A stretch of DNA of 38,182 bases from positions 1 to 38,182 of IMG/VR virus record IMGVR_UViG_3300038809_000011, one strand, 5' to 3'. Below the pieces are notes generated by a model. That model made no database searches. It was not told the origin of the DNA and saw only the letters and a list, made by a program, of their open reading frames with translations. Every line of letters starts with the position of its first letter. The first letter of the stretch is position 1. Both the position numbers and the translations under genes were made by a program. This DNA is from a virus. Of the stretch, positions 8,232-18,800 are shown piece by piece.

Positions 8232-8522
8232 ATGGCTAGTACAGAATTAATTAAAGATTTTAAAGACCGCCTACATATCAGTCATTCGTCTGAGGATACA
8301 CACATTGGCAATCTTATTGATATGTCAGAAGCGTATATCCGCAGACGGTGTGGCGATTTTGTTATTTCTGAAAGTTTCACAGGTCGCGAGTTAGTCCTAG
8401 AACGTGCTAAATCAGCATACGAAGGACAGCTCGCTTATTTTGATGAAACTTACGAGATGATGATCGTTGCGTTTGGCTTAGATTTGCAAAGTGCGGTGAT
8501 TGCTGATGAAACTACCGTTTAA
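8232..8522 (+). CDS. Head-tail connector (gp6-like)
   Basis: 96 aa. Position and the pattern LIKDFKDRLHISHSSEDTHIGNLIDMSEAYIRRRCG fit a connector. Confidence 0.6.
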   Translation: MASTELIKDFKDRLHISHSSEDTHIGNLIDMSEAYIRRRCGDFVISESFTGRELVLERAKSAYEGQLAYFDETYEMMIVAFGLDLQSAVIADETTV

Positions 8523-8874
8523 AGCACCACGCATTGACACAGGCGATTTGAGAACAATTGTTACATTTTATGAGTACCAAGCAAATGACGGACCGGAACC
8601 TGGTGAGTCAGAGAAGAAAGTTCTATTCACTTGTTATGCAAAGATTGATGAAGTTTGGTCTAAAGATTTGGAAGTAGCAAAGGCAAATGACACTTTGTCA
8701 GACATCACGCTAACTATCCGTGATACGCACGGTGAGTACATTCCAACGACCAAACATTACATCGAAGTAGACCTACCAGAATACGCTGACAAGGTTTACA
8801 ACATTAAACACACGCAACCTGACCCACAATCGAGAGATTTTATCAAAATTATTTCTGGAATGGTGGCGGACTAA
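8506..8874 (+). CDS. Head closure / head-tail adaptor protein
   Basis: About 122 aa. The position in the connector cluster supports the call. ATG at 8506 is preferred over TTG at 8500. Confidence 0.55.
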   Translation: MKLPFKAPRIDTGDLRTIVTFYEYQANDGPEPGESEKKVLFTCYAKIDEVWSKDLEVAKANDTLSDITLTIRDTHGEYIPTTKHYIEVDLPEYADKVYNIKHTQPDPQSRDFIKIISGMVAD

Positions 8875-9272
8875 TGAGTGTGAAAATTACAGGAGAAGAA
8901 CAACTGCTTAAAAAGTTAGATAGTATATTTGGTAAGCAACATCTTACTGAAGTAACTGACCGTGCATTGAAAGCAGGTGCAAAAGTATTCGTAACAGAAT
9001 TAAGAAATCAATTCGAAACATTCAAAGACACAGGTGCTTCACTCGATGAGATTACGCTGTCAGACCCAATGTGGGTAGACGGTAAGCGGACTATCAAAGT
9101 CTATTGGAAAGGTCCTAAAGACAGATACCGCATTATTCACTTGAATGAGAATGGCACGATTAATAACCCTAATCCTAAAGGTAAAGGTGCGATTGCACGC
9201 GCAATGTCACGAAGCGAACAAGGCTTTCGTGCAGCGATGGTTGAGGAGATGAAGAAATTAACAAATGGCTGA
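8874..9272 (+). CDS. HK97 gp10-like tail/neck component
   Basis: 132 aa. The start overlaps the upstream stop (ATGA-type coupling). Called mainly from position in the connector cluster. Confidence 0.5.
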   Translation: MSVKITGEEQLLKKLDSIFGKQHLTEVTDRALKAGAKVFVTELRNQFETFKDTGASLDEITLSDPMWVDGKRTIKVYWKGPKDRYRIIHLNENGTINNPNPKGKGAIARAMSRSEQGFRAAMVEEMKKLTNG

Positions 9273-9645
9273 TGTATTGATGAAAATTTATAACGCGCTA
9301 CTTGCAAATGACTACATTTCTGAAGCATGTGCAGGTCGCATTAAATTCTATGAATATCCTGAAAATGGTGATGTGTCACAACCATATATCATTATTGATC
9401 CGTTAGACTCACCGTTACCTTCTGATTTTGCTGATGATGATTGGCTATATTACATTCATCTATTCCAGGTTGATATTCGTTCACAGAAGCGAATTACAAC
9501 TGAGAACTTAGCGCTTGAAGTCGACAAGGTACTGTGGAAATTAGGTTTCGGACAATACGGTGGTGGCGATAACGAATTCGATAAAGCAACTAATGTATTC
9601 AGAATTGCCCAAAATTATAGGGGCAAGACAAGAAAAGGAGATTAA
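9265..9645 (+). CDS. Tail terminator/completion-like protein
   Basis: 126 aa, immediately upstream of the major tail protein. Confidence 0.45.
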   Translation: MADVLMKIYNALLANDYISEACAGRIKFYEYPENGDVSQPYIIIDPLDSPLPSDFADDDWLYYIHLFQVDIRSQKRITTENLALEVDKVLWKLGFGQYGGGDNEFDKATNVFRIAQNYRGKTRKGD

Positions 9646-9648
9646 AAA

Positions 9649-10254
9649 ATGGCTGATAAAAAATATTTAGCTTCAACAGGTGTTGACAAATTTTACTATG
9701 GTGTCTTAGGCACAGACGGAATGACAATTACAGCAACCGCACCAGAACGCGTGCAATTCTTACAAGATATTGATGTCGCAATGTCGTCAACTTTAGTACG
9801 TGCGCACGGTGACAACGTGACTGCAGAAATGGCAGTTTCTCACGGTGCAACTACCGTTACAGGTAACTTCCACAAATTACCACAATCAGACAAAGATGTG
9901 CTATTAGGTTTGGAAGTAGTAGACGGTTTATCTGGTTTAGGTTCAAGTGATAATCCACCTTACGTTGCAGTGGTGTTCGCTAAAACTTACGAAGATGGCT
10001 CAACTGAATATGTCGGTTTACCAAAAGGTAAATTCTTAAAAACTAACATCACAGGTACATCTAAAACCGCTGAAACTTCATTCGGACAAGATGCAATTTC
10101 TGCTGAATTTATGGACCGCAACGTGACAGGCTTCACTCGCCCACAATCAGTAGTAACAGGTGCTGATGAAGCAGGTGCTACAACTAACCGTGATGCTATT
10201 TTCATGAAAGTTTTCGGTAAAGCATACCCAACTGAAACTGTACCTGCAGGTTAG
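9649..10254 (+). CDS. Major tail protein
   Basis: 201 aa. It precedes the G/GT chaperone pair and tape measure. An intrinsic terminator follows one gene downstream. Confidence 0.75.
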   Translation: MADKKYLASTGVDKFYYGVLGTDGMTITATAPERVQFLQDIDVAMSSTLVRAHGDNVTAEMAVSHGATTVTGNFHKLPQSDKDVLLGLEVVDGLSGLGSSDNPPYVAVVFAKTYEDGSTEYVGLPKGKFLKTNITGTSKTAETSFGQDAISAEFMDRNVTGFTRPQSVVTGADEAGATTNRDAIFMKVFGKAYPTETVPAG

Positions 10255-10266
10255 GAGTTGAACTAA

Positions 10267-10536
10267 ATGGCAACTTATAAAGCAAATATGACCTTCATCG
10301 GTAATAAAGAATATAAGACTTTTGAAGCGAACGTACCTTTTGAAATGTCAGAAGAACGTGCAGCGGAATTAGTTCGAAATATTCAAAACAACTTTCCTAA
10401 CTTTGAATTGGAACGTTTAGACAAAGACTTGTCTGAATTGACAGTGAAAGAGTTGAAAGAATTATTGGATGAAGAAGGTATCGAATACCAAGCGACTGAT
10501 AAGAAGGCAGATTTAATTAAATTGGCTGAGGTTTAA
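10267..10536 (+). CDS. Small protein with C-terminal SAP/HeH-like helix-extension-helix motif
   Basis: 89 aa. LSELTVKELKELLDEEGIEYQATDKKADLIKLAE resembles Rho-N/SAP/HeH motifs. Confidence 0.45.
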   Translation: MATYKANMTFIGNKEYKTFEANVPFEMSEERAAELVRNIQNNFPNFELERLDKDLSELTVKELKELLDEEGIEYQATDKKADLIKLAEV

Positions 10537-10551
10537 TTCCTCAGCTTTTTT
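10525..10551 (+). terminator. Intrinsic terminator after the major-tail gene pair
   Basis: GCTGAGG (10525-10531) pairs with CCTCAGC (10539-10545), with a 7-nt loop containing the stop codon, followed by TTTTTT. Confidence 0.8.
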
Positions 10552-10573
10552 ATTTAATTTAAGGAGAATAGAA

Positions 10574-10924
10574 ATGGCAGACATTCAAAGAAAAGCAATT
10601 AAGTTATTTAAACAAGTTGATGATTTAACAAAAGACCCAGAATATGAAACTTATTACACTAGCCCTTACATTTCATTGCGTGACACGCGTGAAGCATGGG
10701 TTCTGAATAAAGAATTGGAAGACCCTGAAAATGGTCTATCCCAAGATGAACGAATTGATAAATTAGTAGACTTTGTCGCTAATCGTGCTTTCAAAGGTCA
10801 ATTGACCAAAGAAGATATCGAAGACCGCTTAGTCGGTGGACTGCAAGAATTGAATGCAGTATTAGCGTTTGTTGCTTTTGGCCAAGACATTCAAGCAAAA
10901 AAGTCCCAGGCGAAGAAGAACTAA
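10574..10924 (+). CDS. Tail assembly chaperone (gpG analogue)
   Basis: 116 aa directly upstream of the tape measure. It ends shortly after a slippery heptamer. Confidence 0.75.
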   Translation: MADIQRKAIKLFKQVDDLTKDPEYETYYTSPYISLRDTREAWVLNKELEDPENGLSQDERIDKLVDFVANRAFKGQLTKEDIEDRLVGGLQELNAVLAFVAFGQDIQAKKSQAKKN

Positions 10925-11109
10925 CTGAAGAAGATTTTACGTTAGAAAAGCAAATCGAGTATTTAGATAACTTTGTTTTGAGCCTATTCAAAACAGGCAA
11001 AGACATTAACGAGATACTTGATATGCCGTATCACTACTCACTGCAGTTATTAAATGAAGAAACAAAACCAGTTAAGAAGAAATCGCTGATTGAAGCGTTT
11101 GGTGGTTAA
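10574..11109 (+). CDS. Tail assembly chaperone frameshift product (gpGT analogue, -1 shift at 10897-10903)
   Basis: The -1 frame is open from the heptamer to TAA at 11107-11109. It reads KKVPGEEELTEEDFTLEKQIEYLDNFVLSLFKTGKDINEILDMPYHYSLQLLNEETKPVKKKSLIEAFGG. Confidence 0.7.
10897..10903 (+). promoter_or_regulatory. Slippery heptamer A AAA AAG for programmed -1 frameshifting
   Basis: The zero frame reads GCA AAA AAG, which fits X XXY YYZ. Confidence 0.7.
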
Positions 11110-11132
11110 TAAATGAAGAAAGGAGGTAACAC

Positions 11133-14100
11133 ATGGTAGAACGTATTGAAGGTATGTCCATTGGCATGGACTTAGACAGTATTGCGGTTGAGCGTGGCTT
11201 AACAGGTCTGAAAGATAGACTGAAAACTGTTAATGCTGAAATGAGAAACCAATTATCTGTCTTTGATCGTGCGGACAAATCAGTAGATAAATATACGACT
11301 ATTATAGATAACCTTTCTGAAAAGATTAAAATTCAAGAGAAAATCGTAGCAAGCACGAAAGCAGAATTTGAAAAAATGACTGCTGAATATGGTGCGGGGT
11401 CTAAAGAAGCTGAAAAAGCAAAACGTGCATATGAAAATCAGTCAACTAGCTTGAACAATATGAAACGTTCGTTGACTCGAACGACTGATGACCTTGAAAA
11501 GTTCAGAAAAGAACAAGCTAAGCAAGACTCAACCTGGACGAAGATGTCTAATGGTGCGAAAGACTACGCTAAGAAATTAGATACAATCGCTGAAAAGACT
11601 AAAACAGTCGGTGACGGTTTAACCACAGGTCTGACTGTTCCGTTAGTAGGTATCAGTGGACTATTACTAAAACAAGCAAGTGATGCAGAAAGCTCACAAG
11701 CGCGCGTGCAAACTGCTTTAGGTTTAACAACTGATGAAGCAAAACAATTATCTGATGCAATTACTAATGTCTATGAAGCAGGTTGGGGCGAGTCGTTTGA
11801 CAATGTGGAAGAAACTGCTAAGGCAGTCGTAACACAACTAGGTTACATTGACGACCCGCAACAACTATCCAACATTATTAAGAACGCTCAAATGCTAGCT
11901 GATACGTTTGGCATGGATACAAATGAAGCACTTCGTGGTGTCAATGCTTTAATGGAAACATACGGCATGACTGCAGAAGAAGCATTCGACTATATGACTG
12001 TCGGTGCGCAAAATGGTTTAGACAAGACCCAAGAACTAGGGGATAACCTGTCTGAATATGCACCATTGTTAGCTGATGCAGGATATGAAGCGGATGAGAT
12101 GTTCGCAGCACTTCAAGCAGGGTTAGATGCAGGTGCTTACAACTTAGATAAAGTTAACGACTTGATCAAAGAGTTCTCAATTCGTGTGGGCGATGGCACA
12201 ATCAAGACCGCAGTTGAAGAAATGGGTGGCGAATGGCAATCACTATACGACACTTGGGAAGCATCGGGCGGAACGGTTGACGAGTTATTCAGATTATTAG
12301 GTGACAAGTTAGCTGGTATTAAAGACCCAATGGAAAAGCAAAATGCCTTAACAACCATTTGGGGTTCATTAGGTGAAGATGCAGGGGCTAAGGTAGTTGA
12401 AGCAGTGGCGGGTGCTACTGATAGCTACAATGATGTAAATGGCGCTGCAAAGAACGCTAGTGACACAATGGAACAGACGTTTGGTGAACGTTTCCAAAGT
12501 TTAATGCGTGAAGCAGGTGACTCACTATTACCAATCGGTAACACGCTAATGGATATGGCAGAAGACTATTTGCCTAAGTTAGATAAAGCAGTGCAGGAAA
12601 CGTCTGAATGGATAGCTGGGTTAGATGAAGATACTGTTCAATTAGCAATTGGCATTGGTGGTGTGTTATTAGTCGCTGGTCCAACACTTAGCTTACTAGC
12701 AAATGGCGTCACAATCATTTCAGGTTTAGCAGGTGCATTTAGTGCTACAAGCGCAGTTATTGCAGGTGCAGGTGGTTTTACAGCATTGATGACAGGTACG
12801 ATTTTACCTATCGGTGCTACATTAGCTGCAATCACAGGTCTTACCTGGTATATGAACCAAGATGCGTTCCAAGCGTTTGACGGATTTGGCAATAAGGTTT
12901 CTGATACAACAGACGATGCAGTCACTGACTATATCAATATGTCGTCTGAAACAACTACTGAACTAGACTTAATGTTTATTCGTCAAGAAGAAATCACAGA
13001 CGAAAAAGCAGCAGTCTTAACAGGTAAATTTGACTCACTTTACGGCACGATAAAAAAAGCAGCAGAAGATAATTTTACAGAACAGACAACTATTCTGACT
13101 GATTTCTTTGCTGAAACAGGCGTGCTGACAGATGAGAACGAAACGAATATCTTAGCTAAAATGCAAGAGAACTACTTAAATCGTGAAACTGCTTTGAATG
13201 AATATAATGATCGTGCAACTGAAATTGTGAATACCGCGAATGAAGAAAATCGGTCATTAACCCAAGCGGAATACGATGAGTTAGCTTACTTGCAAAAGAT
13301 TGCACAAGACTACGCGTTGACGGAATTATCTGCAAGTGAAGAAGAACAATTAGTCTTACGTGAAACAATGTCGCAAATGAAAGATGAGATTGATGCAGAA
13401 ACTGCTGCGAATACCGTTAAGCGTTCAATGGAAGCGCGCGACCAAGTCATCGCTGATGCAAACACTAAGTACGAAGAAGTAGTAGCGGCAGCTATCTATC
13501 AACGTGATGAAATGGGAACTTTAACTGCTGAAGAAGCAGATAAAATCATCGCTGAAGCAGGTAGACAACGTGACGGTGCAGTTGAGAAAGCACAAAATAT
13601 GCACTCAGAAGTAATTAAAGCAGCACGCGCACAATCTGGTGAACATGTGAATGAAGTCAACTGGGCGACTGGTGAAATCATGTCTAAATGGGACACGATG
13701 ATGGTTTCTATTGTAAACGGTATGTGGAACTTGCCGGGCAAGATGGGCAATGCGCTAAGCGGTCAATCGTGGAGAGTCCAAAATGCAATTCAAGGCATGA
13801 TGAACGCCGGTATTACTAAAGTTGAGAAAGGTGTTAACTCGATGATACGGGCAATGAACGTTATCTTTGAAGCATTGGACTCAGACATTAGTTTCTCGCG
13901 CGTGACATTACCACGAGTTGGCTTTAGTGACAGTCCATCCACACAACAATCAGGTAATATGGCATATGCGAATGGTACAGGTATTGGCGGACATCCAGGT
14001 GGCCCTGCAATCGTAGGTGACGGTGGAATGAAAGAGCTAATCGCTTTACCAAGCGGTGAAATGTTCATGTCACCTGATACTGATACCATGATTGATTTAC

Positions 14101-15110
14101 CTAAAGGTACACAAGTATTCAGTGGACCAGACACCAAGCAATTCATGAATGCAATCGGTATTCCAAAATATGCAAACGGTATTGGTTCTAAGATTTGGGA
14201 ATGGTTAGGCAACGGTGCTGAGTCGCTATTAAATAACACTTTAGGTGCTTTAGGTCTATCTGCGCCAAGTAAGGCAGGTAACTTTGGTAACTTAGCCAAT
14301 TCAGCGTTTAACATGATTAAAAATGAGTCAATTAGTTTCTTAGGGAATAAAATTGATGATTTCTTTGCTAGCTTCACTGGACCACTTGGTGGTGGTGCAA
14401 GTGCATGGGCACCTATTGTGCAACAAGCAGCATCTATGATGGGTGAGTCAATTAGCGGTAGTGAGTTAGCTGGTATCTTGGCTCAAATTCAAAGAGAGTC
14501 AGGCGGTAATCAAAAGATTATCCAATCATCTGCAGTTGTTGATGTGAATACGTTAAGCGGTAATCCTGCTAAAGGTTTACTGCAATATATTCCACAGACA
14601 TTCGCTGCATATGCTGTTCCTGGTCACAATAACATTTTTTCTGGTTTAGATCAGTTGTTAGCATTTTTCAACAACACAAATTGGCGCAATGACTTACCTT
14701 ATGGGCAAAGTGGTTGGGGTCCAAGCGGTGCTACCAAATATGCGACAGGTGGATTAGTAAATCACGGACTATATGAGCTTGGAGAAGAAGGTTATCCAGA
14801 ATGGATTATCCCAACTAACCCAGGTAGACGCAGTCAAGCAATGAAGTTATTAGCACTTGCTAATAAAGATGTGCAAGGTAATGCAAGACCAGAAGATTTT
14901 GGCAATGTGGGTAGTGCATACGATACATCAGTTGACATGACTGAAACCAATGAATTATTAAAAGCCTTAATTAACATGGTAGCACAAGGTCATGTGATCA
15001 ACGCAGATGGTAAGGCAATTGCAGATGTGACTTATGGTCATATCACGAATAATTTACAACGCGAAACAAACAGAACAAGCATTATGAATATGAAAGGGGG
15101 CCTTGCTTAA
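11133..15110 (+). CDS. Tape measure protein with C-terminal lytic transglycosylase (SLT-like) domain
   Basis: 1325 aa with coiled-coil regions and central TM-like segments. ILAQIQRESGGNQKIIQSS ... GNPAKGLLQYIPQTF (about 14440-14640) matches the SLT catalytic Glu-Ser pattern. Confidence 0.9.
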   Translation: MVERIEGMSIGMDLDSIAVERGLTGLKDRLKTVNAEMRNQLSVFDRADKSVDKYTTIIDNLSEKIKIQEKIVASTKAEFEKMTAEYGAGSKEAEKAKRAYENQSTSLNNMKRSLTRTTDDLEKFRKEQAKQDSTWTKMSNGAKDYAKKLDTIAEKTKTVGDGLTTGLTVPLVGISGLLLKQASDAESSQARVQTALGLTTDEAKQLSDAITNVYEAGWGESFDNVEETAKAVVTQLGYIDDPQQLSNIIKNAQMLADTFGMDTNEALRGVNALMETYGMTAEEAFDYMTVGAQNGLDKTQELGDNLSEYAPLLADAGYEADEMFAALQAGLDAGAYNLDKVNDLIKEFSIRVGDGTIKTAVEEMGGEWQSLYDTWEASGGTVDELFRLLGDKLAGIKDPMEKQNALTTIWGSLGEDAGAKVVEAVAGATDSYNDVNGAAKNASDTMEQTFGERFQSLMREAGDSLLPIGNTLMDMAEDYLPKLDKAVQETSEWIAGLDEDTVQLAIGIGGVLLVAGPTLSLLANGVTIISGLAGAFSATSAVIAGAGGFTALMTGTILPIGATLAAITGLTWYMNQDAFQAFDGFGNKVSDTTDDAVTDYINMSSETTTELDLMFIRQEEITDEKAAVLTGKFDSLYGTIKKAAEDNFTEQTTILTDFFAETGVLTDENETNILAKMQENYLNRETALNEYNDRATEIVNTANEENRSLTQAEYDELAYLQKIAQDYALTELSASEEEQLVLRETMSQMKDEIDAETAANTVKRSMEARDQVIADANTKYEEVVAAAIYQRDEMGTLTAEEADKIIAEAGRQRDGAVEKAQNMHSEVIKAARAQSGEHVNEVNWATGEIMSKWDTMMVSIVNGMWNLPGKMGNALSGQSWRVQNAIQGMMNAGITKVEKGVNSMIRAMNVIFEALDSDISFSRVTLPRVGFSDSPSTQQSGNMAYANGTGIGGHPGGPAIVGDGGMKELIALPSGEMFMSPDTDTMIDLPKGTQVFSGPDTKQFMNAIGIPKYANGIGSKIWEWLGNGAESLLNNTLGALGLSAPSKAGNFGNLANSAFNMIKNESISFLGNKIDDFFASFTGPLGGGASAWAPIVQQAASMMGESISGSELAGILAQIQRESGGNQKIIQSSAVVDVNTLSGNPAKGLLQYIPQTFAAYAVPGHNNIFSGLDQLLAFFNNTNWRNDLPYGQSGWGPSGATKYATGGLVNHGLYELGEEGYPEWIIPTNPGRRSQAMKLLALANKDVQGNARPEDFGNVGSAYDTSVDMTETNELLKALINMVAQGHVINADGKAIADVTYGHITNNLQRETNRTSIMNMKGGLA

Positions 15111-15827
15111 TTGGAAAGTAGAGCTTTAATTTTGAATGGAAAATCAACTGATGAATTTAGTTTTAAAACGCACGTTCTACAAAATGATGGTTTTAATTAT
15201 GCTAAAAAGAAAAATCAATTAATTGAAACGGAATATATCACAGGTGCAATTAAACGAACAATTAACGCTTGGCCGCCAATTCAAAAATCATATATCATCT
15301 TCTGCAATACACCAGATGTAAGAGATTTAAGAGAAGTGAAATTGTGGGCGAAAGATTACGGCACACTAACACCATCTGATGAGCCTGATGTGTTTTACGA
15401 AGTAATTGATGTTGAAATTGGTAATACACGTATTAACGAGATGAAGGCATTTGAACTTGAAATTACTTTTATAGTTCAACCTTTTGGTTTTGAAATAAAT
15501 CAACAAACGAAATCATATTCATCAGGTAACACGATTACAAATCATACAAACGCACCAATGTTCCCGAAAGTAACAGTCTACGGAACAAGTGCCGTTCAAA
15601 CGAATGTACAAATTGGTAGTCAAACTATCTACCTTAAAAATTTACAAAATGAAGTAACTATCGAAAGTAAGTATTTGATGCAGAACGTTTTTAACCAATA
15701 TAATGCACAGTCGAATAGTTTAATGCGTGGTGATTTCTTTGAGATACCTGCTGATACTGTAAGCACAATTACCTTAGGTAGTGGTATTGATCACATTGAT
15801 ATTTTGGAAAGGTGGTGTTGGTTATAA
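15111..15827 (+). CDS. Distal tail protein (Dit)
   Basis: 238 aa, immediately after the tape measure and before Tal. Confidence 0.7.
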   Translation: MESRALILNGKSTDEFSFKTHVLQNDGFNYAKKKNQLIETEYITGAIKRTINAWPPIQKSYIIFCNTPDVRDLREVKLWAKDYGTLTPSDEPDVFYEVIDVEIGNTRINEMKAFELEITFIVQPFGFEINQQTKSYSSGNTITNHTNAPMFPKVTVYGTSAVQTNVQIGSQTIYLKNLQNEVTIESKYLMQNVFNQYNAQSNSLMRGDFFEIPADTVSTITLGSGIDHIDILERWCWL

Positions 15828-18800
15828 TTTATTTATATGACAGTACATCCACAGATTTTACATATAATGGTGTGCCTTTATCACAAGCGCACGATGTAAA
15901 TGTAGAGTTTGAAATTAATGGTAGCTACTATGTTACTTTTAAACATCCATTAGATACAGAAGAAATTTACAAAACAATTCAAAAGGATATGATTGTAACT
16001 GTTAACACACCAGACGGTTTACAACCTTTTAGGATTATCGAAAGTGTAAATACAACTAAAAAAGTTGAGTTTGAAGCGTGGGCATTACTTTATGCTGATA
16101 TGCGAAATAAGTTGGTCAAGCCAATAACTATCAGGGGGTTGAGTGGACAAGCAGCAGTGAACACGTTCGTGAACAATCTATTGATCGACACACCATTCAC
16201 GTTTACGTCAAACATTACAGACGCGCACGATTATCATACGCAAGATACCGAGGAACGAAAAAACAACCCTAACCAACTATATAATGCGCTAGACGTGTTT
16301 AAAGATATTGTGACACGTTGGCAAGGTGAATTGGTTATCAACGGTTATGATGTTCGTGTAGTGAACAGATTAGGTAAAAATACGGGTGCGTTGCTGTACG
16401 AAAAGAAGAATATCTCAGACTTCACGGACGAAGAGTCTATTCAAGATATTGCTACCCGTTTATATGGAAAAGCTGAATGGACAGAACGTCCAGAAGGTTC
16501 TAACCAAGAAATTAAACATGAAATATCTGTAAAGGTAGAAAGTCCACTAATTAATGCTTATAGCGGTATTGTATTTGAAAAACAATACACTAATAACGAT
16601 ATCCGTACAGAGAAAGAAATGACAGATTGGTTGAATCTAAAATTCACCACTGACAATATTGACAAACCATCTCGGAATATCAAGGTTGGTACTAATATTG
16701 TAGATAACACTGTTATTAACATAGGCGATTCCCTAGTGCTTAAATACGTTAAACATGACGTAGATATGGAAATTAGAATGGTTGGTTACACCTATGATGG
16801 GTACGCTAATCGATATATCACTATTCAATTAGGCGACGCTAAACAATCTTATGTTGGTAATGTCCAAAATACTGTTAGGGAAATTGAAACAAACGTCAAT
16901 ACTGCCGTTAAACAAACTGTTAACCAAATTTTAAATGCTAATGGAGAACGTATGATTTATTCAGTTACCGAACCCGTGGGTAACTTTAAAAATGGTGATG
17001 TTTGGTTTGATCAACAAGGCGGTATGTATTTCTGGGATGAAGCAAGTGGAATGTGGATAGACCATCCATATAATCGAAACATGCGCGTTATGGAGGATGA
17101 AGTCAACACCGCAATTGAAACTGCTGAAACTGCTAAAGCATTAGCTGTAAGTGAAGCGGAACAAGCATTGGCTGATGCTAATAAGTATGCTGATGAGCAA
17201 GATGCATTAATTACGCAACAGGTTAGTAGTGACGTCAATACAGCAATTTCAACTGCTAATACCGCTAAGGCAACAGCAGAATCGTCTTATACTAACGCAG
17301 TTGCCGAAGCAACACGACTTGATGGTGTACAAAAAATAGCGTTTGATAATAGATTTGGTACCATACAAACTAGCGTAGATACATTTAATCAATCTGTTGC
17401 TGACGTTGATGCAAAAGCTGATGATGCATTGGTGAAAGCTGGTGCAAATGCTAACTTACTAACCACGCATCAAAATACATTAGACACAATCAACACCGTT
17501 ACACTTCCGAATATTTCATCAACAGCGGGAACTGCACTAGCTAATGCTAAAAGTGCTATGGATGAAGCCAAGTTAGCTGACGGTAAGATTGCAAATTATG
17601 TAACTACGAATGGTTTAGTAAATGGTACTACTGTTGATAGTAAGATTAATACTGCTACTGGGGAAATTAGTAAGAAGATTACGGCTGTTGAAGGTAAAAT
17701 ACCAAAGGAAATTGGCGGACAAAACTATGTTATAAATTCGAATTTTGCATCCAAATTTAGCAATTGGCACGTAAACAATAGCAGTTACATATCTTTAAAT
17801 GGCAAAGTGGTTAAAGCATCAGGTTTCGCTGGTGCTGGTATATTCGCTACAATCAACAACACTAGCGAAACCGAAACTTACACAATATCGGTTTATATTA
17901 AAGGTACAGGCTCAATCAGAATAGGTTTTGAGTCGGGTGTTAGAATTATCCCTATTCCAAGCAAAGATACATTTACTAGAATTAACTTTACAACGGTTAG
18001 AGGTGCGTCAAGCACATTCGTCCTTTATACCAACACTGTGGACACCGTTCTGGAATTTAAAAATATACAAATCGAGAAAGGCTCTATTTTAACAGACTGG
18101 AAACTTGCACCAGAAGATAACTATACAAAAGAAGAATTTAAAATCTTTGAAAGTACATACAATTCCGATGTGACAGGTATTAGGTCATCACTAACAGATT
18201 TATCTAACAAGAAACTAGATGGAACTACCTACACAAACTTCTATAATAATGACTACAAGATAACCGCCCAAGGTGTAACTGATGCTTGGACAGCAGTCAA
18301 CAAGATTGTTGACGCAAATGGCAACACAACAGAAACCTTTGCTAAAGCGGTATATGACAAAAATGCCACAAGACGAACAGAAGATTTTGATGAAGTTACA
18401 AAAGATTTAGTTAAAGAAGCGACATACACCGCTGGTATCAATGGTCTAAGTGGTAGTATTAGCACAGTTAGTGGACGAGTTGATAAATTAGTGGCTGGCG
18501 GTGGAGGTAGAAACTATGCCTTGAAGTCAAACGCCTATTACTACACAACTAACTATAAAGTGTCCGAATACGACTTAGCTAAGATACCAAAAGGCACTAA
18601 AATTAAGGTTAGCCTTTGGGGCGGGTTAGATTCAGGAGTTAGAACTTTTGGTGTTTACATCAACAATGGTAACGGAACTGCTTCTGGTAATTCTCAAATC
18701 ATCGAATTGACTAAATTAGACGGAGTGTTCGGTCAAGGAGTTGCTGTTCCTTTAGCAAAATGGACAGGCGAAGCGATCTTAAATGTAGACGCAAGTAAGA

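Noticed and set aside
13790-14377. 195-aa minus-strand ORF inside the tape measure gene, and similar ones at 12137-12358, 12638-12925, 13156-13368 and 13499-13750
   Set aside because: All lie antisense within one long, clearly coding ORF. They have no ribosome-binding sites or recognisable motifs. They are typical frame shadows.
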